DNA from: Hypanus sabinus
Lineage: Eukaryota
Direction: 5' to 3'
DNA: 64,000 bases
NCBI RefSeq assembly: GCF_030144855.1
Contig: NC_082715.1
Span: 142,600,001 to 142,664,000, forward strand
Shown here: positions 48,756-61,482 of the stretch, in pieces
Layout: the number at the start of each line of letters is the position of its first letter
Numbering within the stretch: position 1 is the stretch's first letter
Translations under genes and position numbers: made by a program
Notes under the pieces: model-generated
Database searches by the model: none
Told to the model about the DNA's origin: nothing
The model's input: only the letters and a program-made list of their open reading frames with translations

Positions 48756-49649
48756 GGGGGAATGTTAGAGGTAGGCCTTTTACACAGTGAGTGGTGGATG
48801 AATGGAACACAGTGCTGGGGTAGTAGCAGGTGCAGAGACATTAGGAGATTCTGAGATGGGCACATGGAAGAAAGGACAATGGAGCAAAGGGTTACATTAA
48901 TTTCAGAGTAGGTTGTAAGACTAGTACAACATTGTGGGTCGAAGGGCATTTAGTTTACTGTTCTAAGTAATAGTAAACTATTCCCGTTGATAGAGAATCA
49001 AGAAACGAAAGGCGTAGATTTGAGCTAAATCACATCTAGATGAAAAGTAAGAGAAATACTTTCTTCCATCAAATATTTATGATTTACTCCTTGCAAGGAT
49101 GATGGGTGCAGGTGCCGGATGTGGAGAGGATGTTTCCAATAGTGAGAAAGACCAAGATCAAGGGGACATGGTCTCAGAATAGAAGGATGTTCCTTTAGAA
49201 TAGAGATGAGGAATTTCTATATATGGTTAGATTGATTTGGAGTAGCTTAAAAGGTCACACAACATTGTGGGCCAAAGGGCCTCTATTCTGTTGTGTTCAA
49301 AGTTATAAGTAGATTTTTATTTAAGTATTATTATTTATTTGTAACCCTCTCACTGTAAGCTTGTAATGAATCATCTTTTACTGTGAATTCAACCTAACAG
49401 CAACAATGCATGGGGAATAATGATGAAAAGACCATTTCCAATAAATAAACATGTCTAGCGTAAATATGATTTGGGTAAATACAAAACATAAAAGTTTGAA
49501 GTTTCCTTTAAGGAAAAGTAGGATTGTTAATTACGAATACTGACACACCCAAGCAAATTTACTGTTTGCCAGAAAGCAAGAATTAACTTACACCAGTAAA
49601 AAGTTAGATTGAAAATTGTATTGACAAAATATTTTAAACTATAGTAAGC

Positions 49650-50060
49650 AAAAAAAAAAGGAAAAGGGCCACCATATTGTGCATGTAATTGTTGGATCTC
49701 ATTGTTGTATAATCAATCCAGTTTGCCTCACTTCATTTACTCATGGTACTGAAATGGTTTTGCACTGAAGAACCAGTCTGAACGAAACACAAATAAATCT
49801 CCATGCGCCATTCAAGGGACAAGGCATCGAATTCTCTGCAAGATCATGTGCTAACCAGCTAAAAATTATCTGCCCATTCTGCGTGAAACCAAAGTAACAG
49901 AAGGATTTTCTGACAGCAATACCTGTCCTTCCAAATGACTTCTGTGAACATTTCACCATGTTCTTCTGCGATGCTCGTTGTCTGTTTCCATTTCCCTCTT
50001 TCTCCTTCTTCAATTCCACGCTCTCGCCAGAAAAAAATTGTTAACAAGACAAATACTATT
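49650..50060 (-). pseudogene. Possible decayed hAT (Buster/Charlie-like) transposase N-terminus
   Basis: YFGFTQNG...LAENSMP and, in another frame, KPFQY loosely match the FGFT...LANESMKP...KP.EFF pattern; the BED-finger cysteines are not evident. Confidence 0.3.
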
Positions 50061-50254
50061 GACTAATTTAACAAGTCTGACTGATCAATCAACTGAATTT
50101 TAATTTTAAGCAGCAAAATGAAATATTCGATTGTATAATGAAATTAAAGGAACATTTAATACATCGTGAGAAAATTTACAAAAGAATAAAATACCCAACA
50201 GCATAACTGTATTTAATAAAATAATGTATGGTCTTAAACCAGGGTATTACATAT

Positions 50255-51090
50255 TATTTAAGTATGTATACAAATACAACCTTGAGATTTGTCTCCTTAC
50301 AGGCAGCCACAAAGCAAAGAAACCCAATAGAACCCATGAAAAAATGACCATCAAACACCCAACCAACGTACAAAAAAAAACATCAAATCATGCAAACAAC
50401 AAAAGTAAGAAAATACCATTCAAGACTGAAGTGCACAAAAGTGAGTTCACAGCCATGACCCCTGCAGCCAATTCAAGAGCCCATTATTTGCAGGCCACAG
50501 CCTCAGTTCATTGCAGAGATGAGTGAACCTTGCAGAGTAGCGAGCTGTACCTGCTTATCTCTCACCTCCGGCACTGACACTCTGGCCACTTCAATCTGGA
50601 CTGGTGCTTAAATTGTCCGAACCTTGCTCTCAGACCTGTCTTCTGGCATTTTGATATGCTCTTGGGCCTGGGCACCGCTGCCCCAATTAGACCTGTGCCC
50701 GACCTTTCGAATTCAGCCTGGCACTTAAATTGGTTGAACCTCAGGGCTTTCCTTGCTCTTGAGCCCAGGCGCTGCCACTTTGATCTTGCCTCCCCTCAGT
50801 TCTGCTGCATCAAATCACCTCCAAGTCCTCTCCAGCAATGGCCAAACGCTGGCTCGTTCCCTGCTCTCAGGCCCAGGTCCCACTGCTTCGATTAGGCCCA
50901 TAGACACGACGTCCCAGTTCTCTTTCATCTTCAAGACTTCAGTTCACACCACAAAAATGCCGGGTCACACAGGTGATCCAAAACCCCAGCTCTGAAATGG
51001 ACATTGATTGCGCTGATCGTATCCGAGAAAAAGTGTGATTAGTACAGTGATTTATAGTTTTGTTTGCTTTCTTTGCTACCAGCAAGTTTT
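50255..51090 (-). mobile_element. Non-autonomous retroelement-like insertion
   Basis: Plus-strand start aagtatgtatacaaatacaaccttgagatt... and A-rich tract parallel the 6010-6890 element. Confidence 0.4.
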
Positions 51091-52170
51091 GCTTCACCTT
51101 TAACCTATGTTCTATGAATTTCTTTAGCCAAAGGGTGATGAATCTGTGGAATTCATTGCCCAGGGACTGTGGTATTGGCTATATTTGCAATAGTTATATT
51201 TGCTTTATATAATGGCTATAGTTATTGGCTATATTTAAAGCAGAGGTTGACAGCTTCTTGATTAGTAAGGGCATCTAAGGTTATGGGGTGAAGGCAGGAG
51301 AATGGGATTGGGAGGGGAAATAAATCAGACACGATGAAACGGGAGAGTAGTCTCAATGTCCAACATGGCCTCATTCTGCTCCTATGTGCTGTGATCTTGA
51401 GGGGAGAGATAAAGTAATGAGAATAGGGAAATATCAAGGGAAGGGAGCCAACTGGATTATTATTACAAAAAGCTAGACGGAACTCATTCTCTTAAATCTT
51501 GTAGCAAGGGGAAAATGTTCCTGAGCACATAAGGAAAGGAGATCTTCGAAACCTAGAAAATTTAAAAATGCTGGAGAGGCCTTTGTGACCAAGCCCGTCC
51601 CATCCCAGTGATGTGTGAAGAGATTTCTGCCTGTACTGTCAGAGTTCCAGACACATCCTGACTGGTGGCTGAAAGAACATTTTCCCCTTCTCCCAGCTAA
51701 CCCGCCTGTCAGTTTAAACTGATTCACAAAGTCACTCCTTCGCATTTACCTCTATCCAGGCCTCTTGCAATATCAGACCTCTGGAATAAAAGATGGCGAG
51801 AGGCCAGACAATTGTTGGCAATCAGTTTTGCAATTCATTTTAAATAACCTGGGGGCTATAATAAGGAATGAAACAAAAATATTTGAATTACAAGTGTTTT
51901 TAACGGGTTATTTAGACAGAGGTTTACAGAAACTTCAAACAAAAACAGAGGGAATAGATGAAAATGCAGAGGCTGATGTTTATTTGGACTTTCTACATTG
52001 AAGCTCAGTTGACATTGGTGAGGCCCCATTTGGAGTATCGTGTGCAGTTCTGGCCACCTACCTACAGGAAGGAGTTGAAATAAGATTTGAAAGAGTGCAG
52101 AGAAACTTTACAAGGGTCTTGTTGGGACTTGAGGACCTGAGTTTTAGGGAAAGGTTGAATAGGTTGGGAT

Positions 52171-52300
52171 CAAACACGAGGAAGTCTGCAGATGCTGGAA
52201 ATTCAAACAACACACACAAAATGCTGGTGGAACACAGCAGCCCAGGCAGCATCTATAAGGAGAAGCACTGTCGACGTTTCAGGCCGAGACACTTCATCTC
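52171..52300 (-). mobile_element. 130-bp Penelope-tail unit starting inside the hammerhead, with 15-bp TSD
   Basis: tgaataggttgggat at 52156-52170 and 52309-52323; element 5' end reads gatgaagtgtctcggcctgaaacgtcgacag. Confidence 0.78.
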
Positions 52301-52577
52301 GGTTGGGATGAATAGGTTGGGATGTTATTCCGAGGAGAATGAAGGGAGATTTTATAAAGGTATATAAAATTACCCAATCTATACCCCTCAGAAATGCAAG
52401 AGGCTTTTTCCACTGAGGTTGAGTGAGACTAGAACTACAAGTTTTAGGTTAAAGGTGAAAGGTGAAATGTTTAAGTGGAGCGTTGGCAACTTTTTCACTC
52501 GGGGCATTAAGAGTGTAGAATGAGCTGCCACTGGAAATATGGGTTCATATCTTAAGAGAAGTTTGGATAAGTACATG

Positions 52578-53650
52578 AATAAGATATGATAAGATAAAAC
52601 TTTATTTATCCCAAAGGAAATTATTATCGCAAGGTTGCTCAGTCAGAAGTATTACTGTAAAATATGAAATGTAGGCACTGAGGTATGAAAAAATACAAAC
52701 TGCATTAAAAAGTAATAGTGCAAGATACAGATGTGCAATGAAACCATATACTTATGGAGGAGGGGTTGTAGAGTCTGATAGCCACAGGGAGAAAGGATCT
52801 CCTGTGGTGTTCGGTGGGGCATCTCCATGGAATCAGTCTCTTACTAAAGGTGCTCCTCTGTTTGTCCAGTGTGTCATGGAGGGGGTGAGAGGGATTGTCC
52901 CTTATTCTCTGTGGCTTCTGCAGTATCTCCTCTCAGACACGACCACCAGCAAACCCAGTTCCGCCCCCCAGAACAGAACCAGCCTTCCAGACAAGCTTAT
53001 CGATCTTCTTGGTGTCAGCGGCTCTCACCCTGCTGCCCCAGCAGACCACAGTGTAGAACAGAGTACTGGCCGCCACTGAGTCGTAGACCATCTGCAGCAA
53101 AGTACTGCAGACCGGAGCCTCCTCAGGAAGTACAGTCGGCTCCGTCCCTTCGTGTACAGAGCCCCTGGAATTTTCAGCCCAGTCCAGTTCCTTGTCCAGG
53201 TGAGTTCCCAGGTATCTGTACTGCCGAACAATTTCCATATCCATTCCCTTGATGGAGATGGGAATGCAGGGTGTTCTCACACTCAACTCCTTTGTCTGAG
53301 TGATGTTGAACTGCAGGTGATTCAGCCCACACCACTCAGCAGAGTTATCCACCACTCTCCTGTACTCAGCCTCCTGACCCCGGCTGATACACCCCCAATT
53401 GCCAAATCATCTGAAAACCTCTACAGCTGGAAGGACCCTGAGTTCTATCTGGTCTGAGGAGGAGACGGTGAACAGGAAGGGGGACAGGACAGTCCCTGAG
53501 GTGCCCCTGTGCTGCCAACAACAGTATCGGACACACAGCTCTGCAATCTCACGTACTGTGGTCGTCTGGACAGGTAGTCTGTAATCCAGGACACTAGTGG
53601 AGCATTCACCTGCATCTCCGTGGGCTTACTCCCTAGTGAAGCAGGGTAAA
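52578..53650 (-). mobile_element. Rex1/Babar-like LINE (distinct subfamily), RT 3' half
   Basis: WITDYLSRRPQYVRL...STGAPQG; NHLQFNITQTKEL...YRYLGTHLD; [10 protein letters not shown]; (ataag)n tail at about 52579. Confidence 0.85.
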
Positions 53651-54974
53651 GACAGGAGGGCAAGGAGGGCTATGGTCCAGGTGCTGGTTGATGGGACTCA
53701 GCAGAATAATAGTTTGGCACGGACTGGCTGAGCTGAAGGGCTAGTTTCTGTGCAGTACTGCTCCGTGACTCTATGATTTTGGCAAAGTATTTGCGATGGT
53801 ACCATAATCGTTCTACATCTTAACACAGAAAGTCATGGCATTGCATTTCACAGGAGCGTCAATAAACAGTATGTAATATTGAATAGCTTAACAAGATGTC
53901 AAGACAGATAAGTACTGGCTCAGTCAAGGAGGCAAGTTTGAAGGAGTTTTCATTAGAAGACGGGTGGATACCATGGGGGAGGAAGCTTCAAAGCCCCAGC
54001 AGACGAAGATAGACCCTCATCAATGGTGTCATTCACATTAGTACGAAAGGTCTTGCCACAGTGTACATCGAATACAGAACATTACAGCACACTACAGGCC
54101 CTTCAGCCCACTATGCTGTGCTGATCTTTTAGCCAATCTAACCCGTCCCTGTTGCATCCTGTAGCTCTCCATTTTTCTGCCATCCACGTGCCTATCTAAG
54201 AATTTCTTAAGTGTTCCTCTATCACCAGCTCTGGCAGGGTGTCCCACACACCCATCACTCTGTGTTTAGAAAAGTGGCCTCTGACATCCCCACCCCCGTA
54301 TACTTCCCTCCAATCACCTGAACATTATGCCCCCTTGTATTGGCCATTCTGCCCTGGGAAATGGTCTCTGGTCATCTTGTACAACTCTATCAAGCCACCT
54401 CTTGTCCTGCACTCCAGAGAGAAAAGCCCAAGCTCACTCAAGGGCTCGCTCTATAAATCTTCTCTGCAATGAAGGGAATTATTTGCATGGATAGAGAAGA
54501 TGTTTCTTGGCAAAATGGGAACCCTGCCAAGTTGTTGGATCAGGAAGCATGTGAGAGGTGTTCCGTGGAGATCTGAGTCAGTCAAAATCACTTTAATACA
54601 TGATCTGATTGGTAGATGGGGGAACAATATTGGAAGTTTTCAGTCTTGACGCTGAAGTTCCTGGGGCTGGGCCTAGCATAAATCATCTCGGTTAGGGAAG
54701 GGAAGTAGGGAAAATCAGGACCACTGATGAAAGGTCTCAGCAGAGATGTCCTCAGCTTGTTCCTCTCCAAAGATGCTGCCTGGCCTGCTAAGTTCCTCCA
54801 GCATTTTGTGTGTCACCTGGGAAAATTACTTCTACTGAAGAGAAAATGGGGCTTCACTGTACAATTCAATTAATTAAATGCATTAAGGACACATACTTCA
54901 AAATGTAATTAAAAGGATGCTAATGGATAAAGTATTAAAGTTTCTCTTGCATAACTATTGAAGGAAACGTTTTT

Positions 54975-55290
54975 CCATGGTGGTGTAGTGGCTAAGTTAC
55001 TGGAATAATTACCAGAGTTCTGATCCATTGATCTGGAGGTATGAGTTCAAATTCCACCATTGCAATTTAGGAATTTAAAATTCATGCAATTAAATTTGAA
55101 GTTTTAAGTCCCTGCAACAGCTCCCTTCAATGTGCTGGGTTGTTTGTTTTTAAAGAAACATCTGGTTCCCTGTTTCCTCCAGGTAAGGAAATCTGCCAAC
55201 TCACCCAAATCTGGCCTCTGTGACACCAGTACTACCAATACACATTCCTACTGTGGCTGTCCGAGTTTCCTTTGAGAGCAATTGTATAAT
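54975..55290 (+). mobile_element. Old tRNA-derived SINE (non-V type)
   Basis: tggtgtagtgg...gagttcaaattccacc...catctggttc...aaggaaatctgcc; a reverse relic lies near 24010-24290. Confidence 0.55.
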
Positions 55291-56149
55291 AGATCTGAAC
55301 TATGTCCCAAAGATGTGAGGTTGGCAGGTCACCAAAAAGCTTCTATAGATGCACACACTCAAAATGCTGGAGGACGCAGCAGACTGTGCAGCATTCGAGG
55401 AGATGAATCAACTGTCGACATTTTGGACTGAGACCCTTCATCCAACTAAATTTTAAAGCCGTTTTAGACGACAGATTTTGAAAGACATTGTGGGGTGAAT
55501 CACAGGTGACCACCGTGTTCAGGAAAATGAAATTTTATAGTTTGTTGGGAGTGGGGTTCAATGTTCCCAATTCTCAGTGTTGGTCTTGTCATTCAATTTG
55601 AGGAGCTGGAGAACAGAGCGCACCAGTACGTGTCCATGGAGATGATGTATTGTCACTGGTACTGTGCTGTTCTAGTTCAGGACATAGAACAGGAACAGAC
55701 CCTTCTCTTCATCCCATGATGGTGGGACAAGTTCATTAATTTAATGGCATTTAATCCTTGTCATCTGAGGCATTTAACCCTATTTTTTTCATGTGTTCCA
55801 AGGTACGGTAACAAAAGCTTTGCTTTCCATGCCATCCAGACAGATCATCTCACCACATCGATGCAGTGAGGTAGGACAAGATAACAGAATGTAGGATATA
55901 GTGTTAGAGGCACAGAGAAAGCGCAGCGCAGGCAAAGGCCTACGGTCATGACGAGGTAGATTGTGAGATCTAGATTCCATCTTACTGTAGAAACCATCCA
56001 TTCCGAAGTCTGATACAATTGGTCCATATCCCTCCATTCTCTGCATATTCTGTGCTTATCCAACACCTCCGGCACAAACAGCCCACCACTCTCTCTCTCT
56101 CTCTCTCTCTGCTTTTACAAAACAAGGTGGTCCTGCTCCTCTTTTGGGG

Positions 56150-56425
56150 TGTGTGGTAGTTAGCAGTTATCATAACACTCCTGCAGAGCCAGCAACCCTC
56201 GTTCAATTCCCACTGCTGTCTGTAAGGAGTTTGTACAATTCTCCCTGTGACCATGTGGGTTTCCTCTGGGTGTTCATGTTTCCTCCCATATTCCAGACGT
56301 ATTAATTTGCCACAGGTAGGTCTGTCACAATAGATTCATTGGTCACAGGTGCAACTGGGTGGGCCAGGCTCGTTGGGCCGGAAAGGTCTGTAACCGTGTT
56401 GTGTCTAACAAAAAGTAAATAAAAT
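56150..56425 (+). mobile_element. V-domain SINE with CR1-like tail
   Basis: gttcaattccc B box, V-domain, tail gggccggaaaggtctgtaaccgtgttgtgtcta...aaataaa. Confidence 0.7.
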
Positions 56426-56837
56426 TTTGATTTGAAGTTTCCTCTTTTCACCTTAAATACATGTCATCAGGTATTAGATATATCAGTCCTGGGAAAAGTA
56501 GCAATTAGAACATTTTATCCCATAAAAGGAATTTGTGAAACAGATGATAATCAAGCAGTTTATTAATCAATTGCATGTGAATTAATGTTTGTTGTTTTCA
56601 TAGGCAAACATACACCCTGGAAATAAACTTTTTGCAGCAAGTACTTATCTAACACAAGTGAACATGATGTAAAATATACATACTCGATAATAAACTACAA
56701 GATCAACACAATACAAATGCAAGACTGAAAGAGAGAAATACAGAATGCAGGATGTTAGAGTGAAAGGTAGTGTTCAGGTTTTTCATTTGGATTCAAGAAC
56801 CAGATGGCAGTGGGGAAGAAGTAGGTAAACAGTCAAA

Positions 56838-56984
56838 NNNNNNNNNNNNNNNNNNNNNNNNNNNNNNNNNNNNNNNNNNNNNNNNNNNNNNNNNNNNNNN
56901 NNNNNNNNNNNNNNNNNNNNNNNNNNNNNNNNNNNNNNNNNNNNNNNNNNNNNNNNNNNNNNNNNNNNNNNNNNNNNNNNNNNN
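56838..56984. other. Assembly gap (147 N)
   Basis: Run of N. Confidence 1.
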
Positions 56985-57004
56985 GATTTTCTCTTCTTTG
57001 TGCT

Positions 57005-57210
57005 AGAGGAACTCAGCAGGCCAGCAGCATCTATGGAGAGGAATAAATACTTTTGTACTGAGACACTTTGGATCAGTCCTGATGAAGGGGTTTGGCCTAA
57101 AATGTTGACTGTTCATTCATTTCAATAGATGCTGCCTGACTTGCTGAGTTCCTCCAGTATTTTGTGTATATTCTCTGGATTTTCAGCATCTGCAGAATCT
57201 CTTGTGTTTG
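57005..57210. mobile_element. Inverted pair of Penelope-tail units meeting at the hammerhead
   Basis: Minus copy about 57005-57068; plus copy from cagtcctgatga at 57074 to about 57210. Confidence 0.75.
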
Positions 57211-57716
57211 TGAGGAGCCTCTTATAGATGTTCTCCAGTGTCCTGGTGGGAATTGAATGCTTGGCTCCGGATTCCAATGGAATATTTTAATCCTTGAGCT
57301 ACTGTAACACAATGATATGAGAGGGGTTCTGTTTTAAATTAGAACTTGGCTGCTTTCCATTGTGCCTCATCAGTGTCCATCAATGAATTACAATCTGATT
57401 CGTCGATGGGATCTTGCTGTGTTACCTATGGCACGGCAGTGACTTTGCTTCAGAAGAATATCCTTGTCTACAAAGTGCTTTTGAACTATAAAAAATCGGA
57501 TTAGCTATTAGCCCATCGAGCATGCTCCACCATACCATCATGGCTGATTTATTATCCCTCTCAACCCTGTTCTCCTGCCTTCTTACTGTAACCTTCAGCA
57601 CCTTGACTAGTCAAGAGTTTATCAACCTTCGTTTTAAATGTGCCCAACGACTCAGCCTCCAATGAACTCCACAGGTTCAGCACTCTCTGGAAAAAGAAAT
57701 TCCTCCAGCCGCAGCA

Positions 57717-58410
57717 GTGAGACAGCACCACACCGTCCATCCCGGGGGGTGAGACAACACCACACCGTCCATCCCGGGGGTGAGACAGCGCCACACCGTC
57801 CATCCCGGGGGGTGAGACAACGCCACGCCGTCCATCCCGGGGGTGAGACAACACCACGCCGTCCATCCCGGGGGGTGAGACAACGCCACACCGTCCATCC
57901 CGGGGGTGAGACAGCGCCACGCCGTCCATCCCGGGGGTGAGACAACACCACACCGTCCATCCCGGGGGGGGTGACAGCGCCACACCGTCCATCCCAGGGG
58001 GTGAGACAACACCACACCGTCCATCCCGGGGGGTGAGACAACACCACACCGTCCATCCCGGGGGGGGTGACAGCGCCACACCGTCCATCCCAGGGGGTGA
58101 GACAACACCACACCGTCCATCCCGGGGGTGAGACAGCGCCACACCGTCCATCCCGGGGGTGAGACAATGCCACACCGTCCATCCCGGGGGTGAGACAACA
58201 CCACACCGTCCATCCCGGGGGTGAGACAGCGCCACACCGTCCATCCCGGGGGGTGAGACAGCGCCACACCGTCCATCCCGGGGGTGAGACAGCACCACAC
58301 CGTCCATCCCGGGGGTGAGATAACACCACACCGTCCATCCCGGGGGTGAGACAACACCACACCGTCCATCCCGGGGGGGGGGGGGGGGGGCGAGAGCGCC
58401 ACGCCATCCG
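57717..58410. repeat. GC-rich 31-33 bp minisatellite, about 22 copies
   Basis: Unit gtgagaca(g/a)c(g/a)ccacaccgtccatccc(g)n with variable G run; G18 at 58373-58390. Confidence 0.96.
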
Positions 58411-58721
58411 TTTCTACTGAGGGGGTGCTTTCATTGGGCATGAATGGGGCAGAAAATTGTAGGTGCCAAGCAGGCAGGTTAGTTTTGTTCAGTTTGCAAT
58501 CCAGTATCAAATTACAATGTTCAAACAGAACTGATGTGATATTTTCTCTGAAACATCAAAAAAATCCACAGATTCTGGAAATCCAAACCCACACACACAT
58601 ACATGCACAAACAGAGACACAGACACACCGAGGCATGCACAAACAGACACACACACACACACACAACAGAAATGCATGCATGCACAGAGATTCATTTCCA
58701 ACTTCCTACGTTTCATATACC

Positions 58722-58820
58722 TGTCCTGATGAAGGGTCTTGACCCAAAGCACCAACTGCTCACTCTTTTCCATAGTTGTTTCCTGGCCTGCTGAGTTCCT
58801 CCAGCATTTTGTGTGTGCTG
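58722..58820 (+). mobile_element. Penelope-tail unit with decayed hammerhead
   Basis: gtcctgatgaagggtcttgacccaaagc...gcctgctgagttcctccagcattttgtgtgtg. Confidence 0.7.
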
Positions 58821-59215
58821 GTGTGCTCTCAGGCTGGCAGGGCGACAAAATGGGAATGTGACACTCGGGAGCAAAGAAATCTCGTGTTCCTGCCGAAGGT
58901 TAAAGTCACAGGCAGACAGACAGTCCATCCATCTCTCTCCCCCACCCATCACAGTTGGTCCCTCCCCCTCCCTCTCCTCTTCTCTTCCCTCCCAGTCATC
59001 CTCTCCCCCACTCTCTCCTGCCCTCTCACTACCTCACACTCTCCCCCAACTCTCTTCCTTTTCCCCTTCCCCCTTCTCTCCCCTTCCCCCTCTAGCTCCA
59101 TCCTCTCCTCCCCCTCTTTCTAGCATCTTCTGCTCATCTCACCCCTCCCCTTGCCTCTCACCACACACCCCTCCTCTTCATCCACTCCCCTCACCATCCT
59201 CTTGACCCTCCCAGC

Positions 59216-60312
59216 TCTGGAAATTTTCATGTTTTATTGTTTTACAACAGTCATTCACAGTGGATTCAATCTGACCGTTTTGGAAACACATCAACAGAAA
59301 AGGCTCATTCGTGTCAAAGTGAAACAAATGTTTACAAATTGGTCTAAATTTATTACAATTGTTAAACAGAAAATAATTGATACTCACTTTGGTAGCAAAT
59401 TACAGCCTTGAGTCTGTGTGGATAGGTTTCTATCAACTTTGCACATCTGGACACTGCAATTTCCCCCCATTCTTTACAAAACTGCTCAAGCTCTGTCAGA
59501 TTGCATGGGGATCATGAGTGAACAGCCCTTTTCAAATCCAACCACAAGTTCTCAATTAGATTGAGGCCTGGACTCTGACTTGGCCACTTCAGGACATTCC
59601 CTTTAAGCCGTTGCTTTGTAGCTTTGGCTTTACACTTGTGGTCATTGTCTTGCTGGAAAACAAATTTTCTCCCAAGTCGCAGTTCTCATGCAGACTGCAT
59701 CAGGTTTTCCTCCAGAATTTCCCTGTATTTTGCTGCATTCATTTTACCCTCTACCTTCACAAGCCTTCCAGGGCCTGCTGCAGTGAAGCGTCCCCACAGC
59801 GTGATGCAGCCACCATCAGGATTCACACGTGCAGTATTTGGCTTACACCAAACATAGTCCGATAGCCAAAAAACTCAATTTTGTTTTCACCAGATCATAG
59901 AACATTCTTCCAGCTGACGTCAGAGTCTCCCACATGCCTTCTGGCAAACTCTAGCCAAGATTTCATGCAAGTTTTTTTTCCCCAACAGTGGCTTTCTCTT
60001 TGCCACTCTCCCATCAAGCTGTGACTGGTGAAGCACCCGGGCAACAGTTGTTGTATGTGCAATCTCTCCCATCTCAGCCACTGAAGCTTGTAACTCCTCC
60101 AGCGCTGTCATTGGTTTCTTGGTGGCCTCCCTCACTAGTCCCCTTGTATGGTCACTCAGTTTTTGAGGATGGCCTGCTGTTGGCAGATTTACAGCCATAT
60201 TCTTTCCATTTCTTGATGATTGACTTAACTGTACTCCAAAGGATATCAAGTTACTTGGAAATTTTCTTGTATCCATCCCTTGACTTGTGCTTTTCAATAA
60301 CCTTTTTCACAG
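59216..60312 (-). mobile_element. Tc1-family DNA transposon relic (internally deleted transposase)
   Basis: ORF 59920-60297 NLPTAGHPQKLS...LVREATKKPMT.LEELQAS...GRVAKRKPLL; antisense ttcaccagatcatagaacattc corresponds to the VLWSDE motif; Tc1-like terminal region from 59216. Confidence 0.88.
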
Positions 60313-60974
60313 TGCTCTTCAGGACGTATTCTTGATATCTGTTGCTTATTTATTCATTATTATCATTTCTTCTTTTTCATATTTGCACAGTTTGTTGTTT
60401 TTTGCACGTTTTTTCGTCCATCATATTGGTGTGGTCTTTCATTGATTCTATTGCGTTTCCTGGATTTTCTGAGTATGCCTGCAAGAAATTAATCTCAGGC
60501 TTGTAAATGATGACGTATATGTACTTCGATAAAAAATTTACTTTGAATGGAACATTGTAATGTGCTTCTCCCATAATCTGTAATAACTGTGTTCTGTGCG
60601 TCGGTAATGCTGCATGGTTTTCAGAAGCCCAGCGTGAAATACGGATGTGCATGAATTGCCGAATAAATTGCACTGCCGATTTCCCATCTCATCCCTTTAT
60701 CAGAAGTGCAGTTCAAGCATTAACCTCCATTTCTTCATCACCCTTGTTCACTGAAAGCCCCAGTATGAGGTCTCTGAAAGCAGAGATAGGCTTTTTATGG
60801 CTGGTTGAAGTCAAACATATTTTAAATCTCTTTTAATCGAAGCATCTGTTGGAGAACAGAGGTGATGGAAGCCAACTGATTAAGGATATCTCATCGAATG
60901 CAAGCTATTTAAAATTGGAAAATGGAAATATCTGAAGCCTAACAGCGCTGTAAAGTCAAAAACAGCTGAACCGA

Positions 60975-61482
60975 ATATTAACACTTTGGCCGATTTATTA
61001 GTCACAGGAGTGGAACCTGGTGTGGTTTTCCGCTGCTGTAGCCCGGCCACTTCAAAGTTCAACATGTTGTGCATTAGAGGTGCTCTTCTGTTTTGTACAG
61101 TTGTGACGTGTGGGTATTTGAGTTACCTGTCAGCTCGAACCAGTCTGGCCTCTCTCATTAACTTTTCACCCACAGAACTGCTGCTCACTGGAGGATTTTT
61201 TGCTTTTCACACCAGTCTTTGTAAACTCTAGAGATTGTTGTATGTGAAAATCTCAGGAGTTCAGCAGTCTCTCAAATACTCAAACCACCCCGTATGGCAC
61301 CAACAAACATTCCACAGTCAAAGTCACTTAGATCACATTTCTCCTCCATTCTGATGTTTGGTCTGAACAACAACTCAATCTCTTGACCATGTCTGCATAT
61401 GCATTGAGTTGCAGCCACAAGATTGGCTGATTAGATACTTGCATTAATGAGCAGGTTTACCTAATAAAGTGGCCACTGAGTA
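60975..61482. mobile_element. Tc1-type non-autonomous element
   Basis: Decayed left TIR cactttggccgatttattag and right TIR cctaataaagtggccactgagta. Confidence 0.7.

Larger units (their letters stand above)
52000..53775 (+). mobile_element. CR1 LINE 3' fragment with two nested insertions
   Basis: LVRPHLEYRVQFWPP...ERVQRNFTRVL; 3' UTR resumes at about 53652 (ggagggctatggtccagg...gaagggctagtttctgtgcagtac). Confidence 0.8.

Noticed and set aside
57561-58510. Three long minus-strand ORFs (251-277 aa)
   Set aside because: Read-through of a stop-free 31-33 bp minisatellite; the same peptides rotate through all frames
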